A stretch of 64,000 nt of DNA from an uncultured Alphaproteobacteria bacterium (GCA_963730745.1 CAVSTA010000025.1:1-64000); one strand, 5' to 3'; shown: positions 19,120 to 28,967, counted from the first letter of the stretch. Program-made: numbers and translations. The notes: generated by a model not told the origin, from the letters alone.

Positions 19120-19761
19120 GTCAGCTCCGCATCTCGCCTTTGGCCTGGTTGATCGCCGTCGACGATGTGCGGGTAGGCGGCGCAGCGGCAGAGATTGCCG
19201 CTCATATATTCGCGGATCTCGGCGTCGCTGCCGGCATGCCCTTCCTTGACGCAGGCGATCGCCGACATGATCTGCCCCGGCGTGCAATAGCCGCACTGGA
19301 ATGCGTCCTGATCGATGAAGGCCTGCTGCATCGGGTGGAGCGCGCCGCCCGGCTCGGCGAGCCCCTCGATCGTCGTCACCGGGCCGCGCACCGCGACGGC
19401 CAGGGTCAGGCAGCCGAGCACCCGCGTGCCGTCGACCAGCACCGTGCAGGCGCCGCACTGGCCGTGGTCGCAGCCCTTCTTCGCGCCGGTCAGGCCGAGA
19501 TGCTCGCGCAAGCGCGTCGAGCAGCGTCGTGCGCGGATCGACCGTCAATTGCCGCGCGCGCCCATTGACGACGAGGTCGAACGAGACGACAGCGCGCGGA
19601 TCGACGACTTGTCCGGGCATTTCCGCCGATGCTCGACCCTGAGCTACCGCGGCAATCGGCGCGAGCGCGGCGGCCGAAGCGCCAGAGGTTAGAAGCGAGC
19701 GCCGGCTGACCCCGCCGCAACGCACGCCGGGGGCGCCCTGAGAAAGCGCCTTTGTTGTCAC
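19120..19761 (-). CDS. [2Fe-2S]-binding small subunit with Tat signal (PaoA-like), one frameshift
   Basis: N-term [24 protein letters not shown] is a Tat signal; [11 protein letters not shown] and CGYCTPG ferredoxin motifs. Confidence 0.65.
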
Positions 19762-19875
19762 GTGCCACCTTTATTCGTTTAACGGTTCGCCGCACCACCG
19801 CCGTCGCCCGGACCACAAGGCTACGGTTCGGATTACGATACCCAGGGCGGTGCGCTGTCTGGTAAAGGTCCTCCG

Positions 19876-21066
19876 GTGTGCGATGGTTCCGCTCGCCGCG
19901 GAAGGAAGCGGCCGTTGGCGCAGACTGAGACACCAGACGCGCTCGCGCGCGCCGGTGCGGCGACAAGGCGCGGCCGAAGCCCAGCGGCGTCGCGCCTTGC
20001 CGTTATCCGATACGCCGGCCGGCATCTCGGCTTTTTGGCCGGGCTGCTCATCCTCGCGGTCGCGATTGGCATCACCTATCGCTACCTGTTCGATCCGCTC
20101 GAAGAGCGGACGCTGCCGTTTTACATCCGCAGCTGCATCCATGCGATGGGCCTGACTTTCGCCGGCTGGGCCATCCATCTGACCTTCGCGGCGGTCCCGC
20201 GATCGCGGCTCGGCGGCGTGTTGCGGCGATTGCCGCTGAGCGCCGAATTCGCGATCAAGGCGCTCACGATGACGGCGGCCCTGACGATCGTCGCCGTCGG
20301 GCTCCAATTCGTGCTCTACCCCTTTCCGCTGTCGCGATACTGGCTCGCCGATGAGCTGCCGCTGATCGTCGGCATTACTTTTTCTGCGTCGCTGGTTGTT
20401 GGCGCGATGTTCGAGTTCCGCCGGATGATCGGTGGCCGTGTCCTCGGCAGCTTTTTGCTCGGAACCTATCATCGGCCGAGACGCGAACAGCGCATCGTCA
20501 TGTTTCTGGACATTGCCGACTCGACCGCGCTCGCCGAGCAGTTCGGCGAGCTGCGCGTGCACGATCTGATCACCAGGTTCTTTTTCGACATCGACGAACC
20601 GATCGCCGACCAAGACGGGGAAGTCCACGCCTATGTCGGCGACGAGGTCATCGTCACCTGGCCGCTGAGCGAGAACCCCGGGCGCAACGCCCGGTCACTG
20701 CGCTGCTTCTTCGCCATCGAAGAGAAGATGGTTGATCTCGCCCCGTCCTACGCCCAGGAATTCGGCGTCGTGCCGCGCTTCCGTGCCGGCCTTCATGCCG
20801 GTCCCGTCGTCGTCAGCGAGTGCGGCGACGCGAAGCGGCAGATCGCCTATTTCGGCGACACGATGAATGTCGCCGCGCGGCTTTGCGAGCACTGCAAGGC
20901 CGCCGGAGAAACCCTGGTCGCCTCGGCCGACATGCTGCGCAGCGCCGCGGTCCCGCATGGACTCGCCGTGGGGCGGCACGTCAGCCTCATGCTGCGCGGA
21001 CGACGAACCCCGGTCGAGGCGCACGCGGTGCATCGCCACGAGCCCGCCGAAGCGGTGCAGCGGTGA
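19876..21066 (+). CDS. Membrane-anchored class III adenylate/guanylate cyclase (start uncertain)
   Basis: Several N-terminal TM helices, then a CHD cyclase domain (IVMFLDIADSTALAEQFG...YVGDEVIVTWP...GDTMNVAARL). Confidence 0.65.
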   Translation: MCDGSARRGRKRPLAQTETPDALARAGAATRRGRSPAASRLAVIRYAGRHLGFLAGLLILAVAIGITYRYLFDPLEERTLPFYIRSCIHAMGLTFAGWAIHLTFAAVPRSRLGGVLRRLPLSAEFAIKALTMTAALTIVAVGLQFVLYPFPLSRYWLADELPLIVGITFSASLVVGAMFEFRRMIGGRVLGSFLLGTYHRPRREQRIVMFLDIADSTALAEQFGELRVHDLITRFFFDIDEPIADQDGEVHAYVGDEVIVTWPLSENPGRNARSLRCFFAIEEKMVDLAPSYAQEFGVVPRFRAGLHAGPVVVSECGDAKRQIAYFGDTMNVAARLCEHCKAAGETLVASADMLRSAAVPHGLAVGRHVSLMLRGRRTPVEAHAVHRHEPAEAVQR

Positions 21067-21361
21067 GCGGTGACCGCGCCGGCGCACTGATCAGTCCCGG
21101 GCGCTCCTCTCCAGCCGGATGGCGGCATCAATGAGTGATGACCATGTCGGCCGTCACGGCGAGCGATGGCGCCTCGACTTCTCGACCGGCCTCATTGCCT
21201 GCACCGGAATGCGGTTGGCGCAGCCGCAGGTCTGGCCGCGTTGGCTGCGGCGATCGCTCCCTTGACCGTCATCTCGGATTTGTCGCATGGGAGACGAGCC
21301 CGGAATTTCGCAGGACGAATTTTCACGCGCTTCGCGGAGGGCACTATCGGGAGGGGATCCG

Positions 21362-22438
21362 ATGACCACGGGAGCGGCGGGTGGTTTGAGCGCCATCCCG
21401 CAACCGGTAACCGCGGCTCTGACGCGCGCGGCAATCTTTCTGGTCGCGGCGGTGAACCCGGGTGCCGACAATCGCGCCGCCGTGAGATCGCTTTGCGGAG
21501 ACCTCGCCGCGCTTTTGCGTGCGGTCGGTTTTCGCGACCCGGAGGGAAGCCTCTCCTGCGTGATGGCGATTGGGTCCGACGCGTGGGACCGGCTCTTCGG
21601 GCAGCCGCGGCCGGCGGAGTTGCATGAGTTTCGAGAGATCCGCGCGGGACCGCGCCAAGCCGTCTCCACAGCCGGCGATCTGCATTTCCACATCCGCGCG
21701 GAGCGTATGGATCTCTGCTTCGAATTGGCCACGCAAATCATGGCGCGGCTCGGGAATGCCGTTTCAGCGGTCGACGAGGTGCACGGCTTTCGGTCCTTCG
21801 ATACCCGCGATCTTCTCGGGTTCGTCGACGGGACGGAGAACCCCAGCGGCCGGGCAGCAATTGACGCCACGTTGATCGGCGACGAGGACATCGCGTTCGC
21901 GGGCGGCAGCTACGTAATCACGCAGAAATACCTGCACGATCTGACCAGCTGGAATGCGCTGCCTATAGAAGCGCAGGAGCACATCATCGGCCGCACAAAA
22001 CTGTCCGGCATCGAGCTGGATGCGGCGATCAAGCCGAGTTCGGCGCACAGTGCGCTCACCACGATCGTGGAGAACGGGAAGGAGATCAAGATCCTGCGCG
22101 ACAACATGCCTTTCGGCCGTGCCGGGCAGGGTGAGTTCGGCACGTACTTCATCGGCTACAGCCGTTCGCCGCGCACGATCGAGCAGATGCTCGAAAACAT
22201 GTTCGTGGGTCGCCCGCCGGGCAACTACGACCGGCTGCTGGACTTCAGCAGGGCCGTTACCGGCCACCTCTTCTTCGCGCCGTCTGCGACGTTTCTGGAA
22301 AACGTGACAGCCGACGAAGCCCAGCCGGTCGCGCCCGCACAATCCGTTCAGCCCGTGCCGGATGGTTCACCCCTGGCCGATGGTTCGCCCCGGCTCGATG
22401 GTTCGTTGGGCATCGGCTCGCTCAAAGGAGACCCCGGT
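21362..22438 (+). CDS. DyP-type (dye-decolorizing) peroxidase cargo protein with C-terminal encapsulin targeting peptide
   Basis: DyP motifs (HFHIRAERMDLCFE, GFVDGTENP, FIGYSRSP). Ends with a Pro/Ser-rich linker and DGSLGIGSLKG, the canonical encapsulin cargo-loading peptide. No stop codon before the downstream ATG. Confidence 0.75.
22424..22432 (+). promoter_or_regulatory. Ribosome-binding site (aaaggagac) for the encapsulin gene, embedded in the 3' end of dyp
   Basis: AAGGAG ~8 nt upstream of the encapsulin ATG at 22439. Confidence 0.5.
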
Positions 22439-23248
22439 ATGAATAATCTGCATCGCGAGCTTGCGCCGATATCCGAGGCGGCGTGGGCGCAGATCGAGGA
22501 GGAGGCCTCGCGCACCCTCAAACGCTACCTCGCCGGGCGCTGCGTGGTCGATGTGCAAGGGCCGAGCGGCACCGCCCTCTCGGCGGTCGGCACCGGTCAT
22601 CTGCGGGCTATCGCGGCGCCAGCGGAAAGCATCATCGCCCGGCAGCGCGAGGTGAAACCGTTGGTCGAGTTGCGCGTGCCGTTCGAGTTGGACCGCCAGA
22701 TGATCGACGATGTCGAGCGCGGCGCAAACAATTCCGATTGGCAGCCCGCAAAGGATGCCGCGCGACGGATCGCTTTTGCCGAGGACGGCGCCATTTTCGA
22801 GGGCTATCCTGCGGCCGGTATCGAAGGCATCCGCCAGGGGACCAGCAATCCGATTACGACATTGCCGAGCGACGTGCGTAATTACCCCGACGCGATCGCC
22901 CAGGCGTTGAACCAGCTGCGTCTGGTCGGGGTCAACGGTCCTTACTCGGTGCTGCTGGGCGCCGACGCCTATACCGCCCTCGCCGAGACCAGTGACAACG
23001 GGTATCCGGTGCTGCAGCACATCAGGCGTCTCGTCGATAGCGAAATCATCTGGGCCGCGGCCATTGCGGGCGCTTTTGTCGTCACCACCCGCGGCGGCGA
23101 TTTCGACCTGCACATCGGCCAGGACATCTCGATCGGCTATCTGAGCCACACCGATGCCGCCGTTCGCCTGTACCTGCAGGAGACGTTCACCTTCCTCCTG
23201 CTGACCACAGAGGCCGCCGTGGCGCTGGCGCCTGCGTCGGCATCCTGA
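22439..23248 (+). CDS. Family 1 encapsulin (linocin M18-like) shell protein
   Basis: 270 aa: MNNLHRELAPISEAAWAQIEEEA...PFELDRQ...NPITTLPSD... is typical HK97-fold encapsulin. In frame with upstream dyp. Confidence 0.8.
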   Translation: MNNLHRELAPISEAAWAQIEEEASRTLKRYLAGRCVVDVQGPSGTALSAVGTGHLRAIAAPAESIIARQREVKPLVELRVPFELDRQMIDDVERGANNSDWQPAKDAARRIAFAEDGAIFEGYPAAGIEGIRQGTSNPITTLPSDVRNYPDAIAQALNQLRLVGVNGPYSVLLGADAYTALAETSDNGYPVLQHIRRLVDSEIIWAAAIAGAFVVTTRGGDFDLHIGQDISIGYLSHTDAAVRLYLQETFTFLLLTTEAAVALAPASAS

Positions 23249-23304
23249 CGGTTGCTTGCGGAAGGCATCCTTGCTGGGGCTCGGCTACGCCGACCATGGT
23301 CGGA

Positions 23305-23440
23305 TCAACTCGTCCCGATCCGGCCTGGCAAACGGGGCGATTTCGCCACCGGCTTTGGCGAGATGATGCCCTCGTTGATGCCGACGATGCCGTATTCGAG
23401 CTCCTCGGCGACGCGCCAGATGCGGCCGCATGTCGCGGCT
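23305..23440 (-). pseudogene. gabD: gabD 3'-end fragment (divergent; ...[23 protein letters not shown]), broken at the FYSRD codon by a ccctcccttccctcccc-initiated element
   Basis: DNA and protein similarity to the C-terminus of the intact gabD at 29407-29760. Confidence 0.5.
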
Positions 23441-23499
23441 GTAGCCCTCCCTTCCCTCCCCGGCAAGCGGGGGAGCGCTAGGATGGGGGCATGGTCGGC

Positions 23500-23650
23500 C
23501 ATCTCGACCCGCAAAAAACGCCTGCGCCCATCGCGCACCCCCTGTTCCGCCTGTTTTATCAGGTCGAGATCAGGCATCGCCAACTCCTTCAAAAACAAAA
23601 GGCCCCGCTCGCGGGGCGCCGATCTCGCAACGATACGATGCGATTATGGC
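23500..23650 (-). repeat. Copy 3 of the conserved junction motif (ttgaaggagttggcgATGcctgatctcgacctgataaaacagg ... atgcgattatgg)
   Basis: See 3793-3900. Confidence 0.5.
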
Positions 23651-23669
23651 GACTTTACTGTTGCTTACT

Positions 23670-23770
23670 GATGGCACCGGCGGTCTCGGCGAGGCGCCTG
23701 GTGAAGGCGTCGTACACGCCGGCTTGCACCAGGATGCGGTGGGCACAGACGCAGGTCTGGCGGGGCGTCG
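23670..23770 (-). pseudogene. gabD: Short gabD mid-region fragment (roughly aa 300-330)
   Basis: ~85% DNA identity to 29935-30020. Confidence 0.4.
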
Positions 23771-23798
23771 CGCGGGGCCCAACGCGACGAAAATTCCG

Positions 23799-24140
23799 CT
23801 AGAGCCCGATCAAAGCCACCAATTTCATGCGAACTTCGTGCAGAATTTCTGCGGGAACCGCGGCTCCGGCGTAGCTGATCGGGCGCGCCATGGTATCGAT
23901 GCTCCGCACATGGCTGGTCAAGATCTCTCCGGAAACCGGCAGCCCCATCGGCAGCACAACGCTGGTGCCAAAGGGACGAACGCGCGAGGTAATCGGGCAG
24001 ACGATCGCGAACTCCGTTGCCCGGCAAAAGTCGGCAGGTGAAACGACCAGCGCGGGGCGTCGACCGCTCTGCTCGCGACCGACGCGAGGATCAAAATCGG
24101 CCCAGATAAGGTCACCCGCCTCCGGTGCGTAAGCCATCAC
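23799..24140 (-). CDS. mazF: MazF/PemK-family toxin
   Basis: GDLIWADFDPRVGREQSGRRPALVVS...FAIVCPITSRV. Confidence 0.75.
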   Translation of the reverse strand: MMAYAPEAGDLIWADFDPRVGREQSGRRPALVVSPADFCRATEFAIVCPITSRVRPFGTSVVLPMGLPVSGEILTSHVRSIDTMARPISYAGAAVPAEILHEVRMKLVALIGL

Positions 24141-24141
24141 C

Positions 24142-24396
24142 TCATTCGACGATCTCGCGACCCTTGTCAGGTCCCCAATCGAAGGCCTGGCGCATCGCCT
24201 CTGGAGTCATCCCCCGCAACAAGTCGGCGAGGACATAGCGCGGGCGAGCCGGAGAAATGATGATCCGGTCGCCCTCAGCCTCTACATCGACCCGGGCTCC
24301 CTCGCGCAGGCCCGCTCGACGCGCGATCTCCTTGGGAATGCGCAGGCCAAGGCTGTTGCCCCAGCGTGCGACCTGCACTTGCATCGGCTTCTCCAC
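24142..24396 (-). CDS. mazE: MazE/PemI (SpoVT-AbrB) antitoxin
   Basis: VARWGNSLGLRIPKEIARRAGLREGARVDVEAEGDRIIISP; immediately upstream of the toxin. Confidence 0.7.
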   Translation of the reverse strand: MEKPMQVQVARWGNSLGLRIPKEIARRAGLREGARVDVEAEGDRIIISPARPRYVLADLLRGMTPEAMRQAFDWGPDKGREIVE

Positions 24397-24437
24397 CCGC
24401 CAGGATATACATAGGATATCCGATCAATGCCGTCAAG

Positions 24438-24560
24438 TCAGCGGTCGATGCCGCCCATGCAGAGGTATTTGACCTCGAGGAATTCCTCGATGCCGTATTC
24501 GAGGGCCTCGGCGACGCGCCAGATGCGGCCGATGTCGCGGCTGTAGAAACAGGCGATGGC
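24438..24560 (-). pseudogene. gabD: gabD C-terminal fragment with an internal deletion; left half of a copy split by the MITE-like element
   Basis: [41 protein letters not shown]. Confidence 0.55.
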
Positions 24561-24875
24561 CCCCTCCCTTCCCTCCCCCGCGGGCGGCAGGGCTGTCCGG
24601 GGAATCGAACTCGGTTGCACCAGATCCGTGTCGCACAACCGCCATTGGCCAAGAAAAACCCCTCTCCGCCCTTTAGGGGGGAGAGGGAGGGGCCCGCGAA
24701 GCGGGAGGGTGAGGTGGGCGGCGCCGCAAACCGGCACGACGGCCCTCCTCACCCTACCCTCTCCCCGGCCGGCGGGGGGAGAGGATATTATTGCGGGTCA
24801 TCTGCAATGGACTTAACGGCAAAGTTGATCCTATATTTTCCCCGGACAGCCCTGCGCGGGCGGGGGAGGATTAGG
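24555..24875. mobile_element. MITE-like non-autonomous element (~320 bp) with ~30-40 bp imperfect terminal inverted repeats and internal perfect hairpins
   Basis: Left end ccctcccttccctcccccgcgggcggcagggctgtccgggg vs right end ccccggacagccctgcgcgggcgggggagg. Internal palindromes ccctctccgccctttaggggggagaggg, gggagggtgagg/cctcaccctacc and ccctctccccggccggcggggggagagg. Interrupts a gabD fragment. Confidence 0.45.
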
Positions 24876-24879
24876 GTGG

Positions 24880-25320
24880 GGGCCTCGTTGGCCGTCTTGA
24901 ACGCCTCGTCCTCGCTCTTGAAGCGGTAGAGCGGGGCGACGGGCCCTAAGGTCTCCTCCTTGTTGATGACCACGTCGGTCGTCACATCGGTCAGGACCAT
25001 CGGCTCGAAGAAGCTGCCGCGCCGTCTTCATGTTTGATGGGCGGCGCGCTTGCCGTCGGTGACGACCTCGCCGCCCTTCTTCAAGGCGTCGGCGATGTGC
25101 GCCTCGACCTTCTCGACCGCCTTCATGTCGATCAGGGGCCGATCACCGCTCCAGGCTCGGACCCGGTGGCGACCTTCGTCGCTACGGTGATCCGGGCCTG
25201 GGGAAGGCATCGCATGACACCGTCCTGCACAGAGATGCGGCTGGCGCCACGCAGGTGTGATCAGCATACGGTAGTAGGCGCGCTTAATTGCTCCCACCCC
25301 AATTGCGCTATGCGTTAAAA
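24880..25320 (-). pseudogene. gabD: gabD fragment (roughly aa 283-415), continuation of the copy split by the MITE
   Basis: ...ILVQDGV..., [72 protein letters not shown]. Confidence 0.55.
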
Positions 25321-25326
25321 GGAGTA

Positions 25327-25940
25327 ATGGTTTCTCTCCCACCGCACCTAGCGCGCACTCAAATCCGACCTGGAGGAACGAGGAAACATGCCTACGTTCA
25401 GATTCTGATCGCTGCGATTGCTTGTGCGACGCCGGCCATGACGTCCGCCGCGGCTGACTGCCATATTGACGCGAGGTCGGTCGCCGGCACCTACGGCTTA
25501 GCGGCACAGGGCGTGGCAACTGACACGAACCCCCTCGTCCCGTTGGACCGTTTGCCCAAGCGGGTACGGTAACCCAGGTCGCGACGTCGCAAACATCAAA
25601 TACGATCAGCGGCACCTGGATGCTGATATCGGAGAGAACAACGCGAACGGCTACACGCCGGATACACCCCTCAGCGGCACCTTCCAGATCGACCGGGCGA
25701 GGTGTGCCGGGGAATTCTACATAACCGGCCTCACGCGCCGGCTTTCCATGTCGTGGTCGTCGCTGGCGGTGACGAAGAGCGAGCGATTTCGGCGCTACCC
25801 AACCTGATCGTGGCATACGTCAGCGTCAAGCGCCTGTAACGGTTGCGAGTCGGACCAACCTTGGTGACGCAAACGGCTTAGCACGCCGATAATGCGACCG
25901 GCCGAGGACCTGCAATAGCGCCTGAGCTCGCAGGGCGCGA
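25327..25940 (+). other. Cargo segment with a small putative secreted protein ORF (good RBS aaaggag; signal-peptide-like ILIAAIACATPAMTSAAADC), apparently frameshifted
   Basis: ORF 25327-25572 continues in another frame (NPGRDVANIKYDQRHLDADIGENNANGYTPDTPLSGTFQIDRARCAGEFYITGLT). Flanked by direct gabD-fragment repeats. Confidence 0.3.
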
Positions 25941-26400
25941 CCAGGCCGAAAGTCTCCTCCTTGGTTTATGACCACGTCGGTCGTCACATCGGTCAGGACC
26001 GTCGGCTCGAAGAAGCTGCCGCCCTCTTCAGTTGATGGGCGGCGCGCTTGCCGCCGGTGACGACCTCGCCGCCCTTCTTCAAGGCGTCGGCGATGTGCGC
26101 CTCGACCTTCTCGACCGCCTTCATGTCGATCAGCGGCCCGATCACCGCACTAGGCTCGAACCCGTCGGCGACCTTCATCGCGCCGGCGGTTTCACCGAGG
26201 GCTCGGTGAAGGCGTCGTAGACGCCGTCCTGCACAAGGATGCGGTTGGCGCAGACGCAGGTCCGGACGGCATTGCGATATTTGGGGGCAATTGCGCTCTC
26301 GGCCGCGGCCTCGATACAGTTTTTTGACCGGGCCAGCGCACTACTCCGTCTGCAATTGCCGATCTCCCTCGGTCAGCATCAATTAGCACGATCGGGTTCG
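25940..26400 (-). pseudogene. gabD: gabD internal fragment (roughly aa 225/265-392), ending at the GPVAP codons
   Basis: [49 protein letters not shown]...[19 protein letters not shown]. Confidence 0.5.
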
Positions 26401-26433
26401 AGGCCAGCTCGCAGCCGATCCTGGCCCCGCCCG

Positions 26434-26823
26434 CTACTTCAGGACATTGCGTGCCAACCCGTGGGCGGCCTGCGCCAGCCGATCGTCATTCGTCCATAAG
26501 GCAGCGCATTGATGATGCTGGGCGCAAGCGAGGTGCAGCGCATCTGGTGTCCTCAAACCAAAGTGACCGCGGAGCTGGGCGGCTTGCAGGTAAACCGGCT
26601 CGGGCATTTCCAACGACGCGAACTGGTCGAAGAGGTCGATATAGGCGCGCTGCAGAACTGGATCCCCACGCTTGATGGGCCCTACCAGACACTCGCATTT
26701 GACCAGCGGGGAGATGCCGAAGCGGGCTCCTTCGGCTTGGGCGATCGCGCCTGCGACGGGCTCGCCCCACCGCGCATGATGCTCGGTAAGGTAGATCACC
26801 AGGCAGGCGTCGAGATAGATCAA
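26434..26823 (-). CDS. vapC: VapC PIN-domain toxin (GTG start overlapping the phd stop)
   Basis: [17 protein letters not shown]...[14 protein letters not shown]...[29 protein letters not shown]. Confidence 0.7.
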   Translation of the reverse strand: MIYLDACLVIYLTEHHARWGEPVAGAIAQAEGARFGISPLVKCECLVGPIKRGDPVLQRAYIDLFDQFASLEMPEPVYLQAAQLRGHFGLRTPDALHLACAQHHQCAALWTNDDRLAQAAHGLARNVLK

Positions 26824-27086
26824 TCCCACGAGCTTCTCTCCAGCCGGATGGCGGCATCGATCTCCTCGGCAGAACGTCGCGCGTAGGCGGGCAGGGGATG
26901 GCCCTTGAGCCAGTCGAGAATGGCCCGGGCGCTGCCCGCATCTGCTCTTGCCGCCGGCGCCGGTCCCGTAGGCACCAGCCGAACCACCGGTTCGCCGCGG
27001 TTGGCGATGACCACCTCCTCGCCGGCCCGAGCGGCTCTTATCAGCTGTGAGAGGCGGTTCTTCGCCTCCAAGATGTTTACTTGCAC
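26820..27086 (-). CDS. phd: Phd/YefM-family antitoxin
   Basis: [39 protein letters not shown]. Confidence 0.7.
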   Translation of the reverse strand: MQVNILEAKNRLSQLIRAARAGEEVVIANRGEPVVRLVPTGPAPAARADAGSARAILDWLKGHPLPAYARRSAEEIDAAIRLERSSWD

Positions 27087-27129
27087 GAGCCCCTACTCCG
27101 ACCTTCTCCTGGCTAGAGATGGCTATACT

Positions 27130-27414
27130 AGCCAGATGTGTAAAGGCATGTCGGTCGATGCCGCCCATGCAGAGGTATTTGACTTCGAGGAATTCCTCGA
27201 TGCCGTATTTCGAGCCCATGATCGCGGGGCCGATGCCGCTTTCCTTCATGCCGCCGAAGGGGGCGATCTCGGTCGAGATGATGCCTTCGTTGATGCCGAC
27301 GATGCCGTATTCGAGCGCCTCGGCGACGCGCCAGATGCGGCCGATGTCGCGGCTGTAGAAATAGGCGGCGAGGCCGAATTCGGTGTCGTTGGCCCATCTT
27401 TGTGGCGTCGTCAT
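27130..27414 (-). pseudogene. gabD: gabD 3'-end copy (aa ~393-end) without a stop, reading through into the phd/vapC region
   Basis: [55 protein letters not shown]...[17 protein letters not shown]. Confidence 0.6.
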
Positions 27415-27441
27415 CGGTCTCGAAGGGTCGGCCCACCAAAT

Positions 27442-27681
27442 TTAATCGTACGGGCGCCGGGAGGTGTGGCGGATGTGCACGATCCGGATGGCGTCTTCGG
27501 CGACCCGATAGAAGATCTTGTAGCGATAGCTGGGAAGCAGCGCGACGCGGACGCCCGGCCTCCGGACCACAGCGCGGCCGCTCAATGGCGATAGGGCTAT
27601 CCGTGCGATGACTTGCTGAATGCGCTCTGCGATCCTGTCAGCCGATCGCCGAATTCCCGGACCGAGCGTAATAGGCAGCAA
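27442..27681 (-). CDS. RelE/ParE-family toxin
   Basis: ...RVALLPSYRYKIFYRVAEDAIRIVHIRHTSRRP is the RelE/ParE C-terminal signature. Confidence 0.65.
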   Translation of the reverse strand: MLPITLGPGIRRSADRIAERIQQVIARIALSPLSGRAVVRRPGVRVALLPSYRYKIFYRVAEDAIRIVHIRHTSRRPYD

Positions 27682-27723
27682 TTTGTCGAAGATCGGCGAG
27701 GGCCCGCTTCGAATATTCGACCC

Positions 27724-27948
27724 TCATGCCTTCCGGAACAGGGCGAAGGCCGCGTCGACTTCGTCTTCGCTCGCGGCTTCCCCGGAGAGCCCTTCGTCGA
27801 TCGCTGCCAATTCGTCCGGCGTCGCCTCGTATTCGGCGCCGGCGAGTTCGGCCTCGATTTCGAGGGCAATCTCGGCCAGCTCCTGCTGCCGGTCTTCCGG
27901 CCAGGTCGGGACCCGTTCCAATACTGCCTTAACCTGATCCTTGGTCAT
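27724..27948 (-). CDS. Putative antitoxin partner of the RelE/ParE toxin
   Basis: 75 aa acidic protein MTKDQVKAVLERVPTWPEDRQQELAEIALEIEAEL...DEVDAAFALFRKA immediately upstream of the toxin. Confidence 0.45.
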   Translation of the reverse strand: MTKDQVKAVLERVPTWPEDRQQELAEIALEIEAELAGAEYEATPDELAAIDEGLSGEAASEDEVDAAFALFRKA

Positions 27949-27998
27949 GATTTCCTGTCCGATCCTGGCCGGTCCACTCTTGTCCGACGATACCTGGC

Positions 27999-28298
27999 TT
28001 ACCGGTCGATGCCGCCCATGCAGAGGTATTTGACTTCGAGGAATTCCTCGATGCCGTATTTCGAGCCTTCGCGGCCGATGCCGCTTTCCTTCATGCCGCC
28101 GAAGGGGGCGATCTCGGTCGAGATGATGCCCTCGTTGATGCCGACGATGCCGTATTCGAGGGCCTCGGCGACGCGCCAGATGCGGCCGATGTCGCGGCTG
28201 TAGAAATAGGCGGCGAGGCCGAATTCGGTGTCGTTGGCCATCTTGACCGCCTCGTCTTCGGCTTTGAAGCGGTAGAGCGGCGCGACGGGTCCGATCAT
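27999..28298 (-). pseudogene. gabD: gabD 3'-end copy (aa ~388-end), beginning exactly at the GPVAPLY codons
   Basis: [99 protein letters not shown]. Confidence 0.6.
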
Positions 28299-28967
28299 GA
28301 CCGCGAACCCGACCGCAACAACGTCCTGGCCCCCTTGCGAAGTTGCTCGAACAGCGCCGCATCCACGGGCTGGTTGAGAAAGCCGTGCGCGACGGCGTTA
28401 CGAACCGCAAGCCCGCGGCGGAGAACGGAATAATCGTCGTCCTCGATGATGCCCTCGGTCAGCAGCATCTTGATAAGCGCCGATGAGGAAATCCGGCGGG
28501 TGGGCGGGATCTTCAGGGGCAAGAGCCGGTGGCGCCCGGCCGCTTCGATAATCGACCATAGCAACAGAAATTCCAGGCGGCGCTGCATCGCCGTCTTCGT
28601 CGACCGAGCTCAGGTTTGCCAGGCGCGCCGAAAGATCTGGAACATCGGGCAGCTGCGAGGGCGGCGCCCATTCCGGATCCGGCAAGTCGGCGTACACTAC
28701 TTGCAGCTTCCAGCCGGCGCGATGCTCCAATGCCCTGGCGAACTGCTGGACTTGTTCGAAGCTCGCCGGCGAAGAGGTCTTGATTTCGACGACGATATTT
28801 TCCCCATTGCGATGGGCGATCAGATCCGGCGCCAGCGTGCGCAAAAACTCCGGCAATTCTCGTGGTGAAGGGTCTACCGAAACCTGGTAGCCTTGGCGCG
28901 AATACCAATCAGCATACTGTCTGATAGCTTCGCGTTCGCTGGCGACGAGGTCGGTGTCGGCACTCAT
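28295..28967 (-). CDS. Putative two-domain protein, apparently frameshifted: N-terminal PD-(D/E)xK-like nuclease fold plus C-terminal HEPN-like region with an Rx4HG motif
   Basis: N-term ...[23 protein letters not shown] (a D...E.K pattern); C-term frame ...[26 protein letters not shown] overlaps the RusA stop (ATGA). Domain assignments rest on motifs only. Confidence 0.35.

Noticed and set aside
21287-21361. Upstream ATG giving a 25 aa N-terminal extension to the DyP peroxidase
   Set aside because: DyP homology starts at the MTTGAAGG methionine (21362); the extension is not conserved-looking.
24596-24630. tRNA T-arm-like string (ggaatcgaactcgg / gagttcgattcc) inside the MITE-like element
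   Set aside because: Neither strand folds into a T-stem with matching acceptor stem; it is part of the element's hairpin-rich interior, not a tRNA.
26434-27414. 326 aa ORF apparently fusing a gabD C-terminus to VapC
   Set aside because: The gabD fragment lacks a stop, so the frame runs by chance across the region where phd is encoded in another frame. vapC has its own GTG start overlapping the phd stop.
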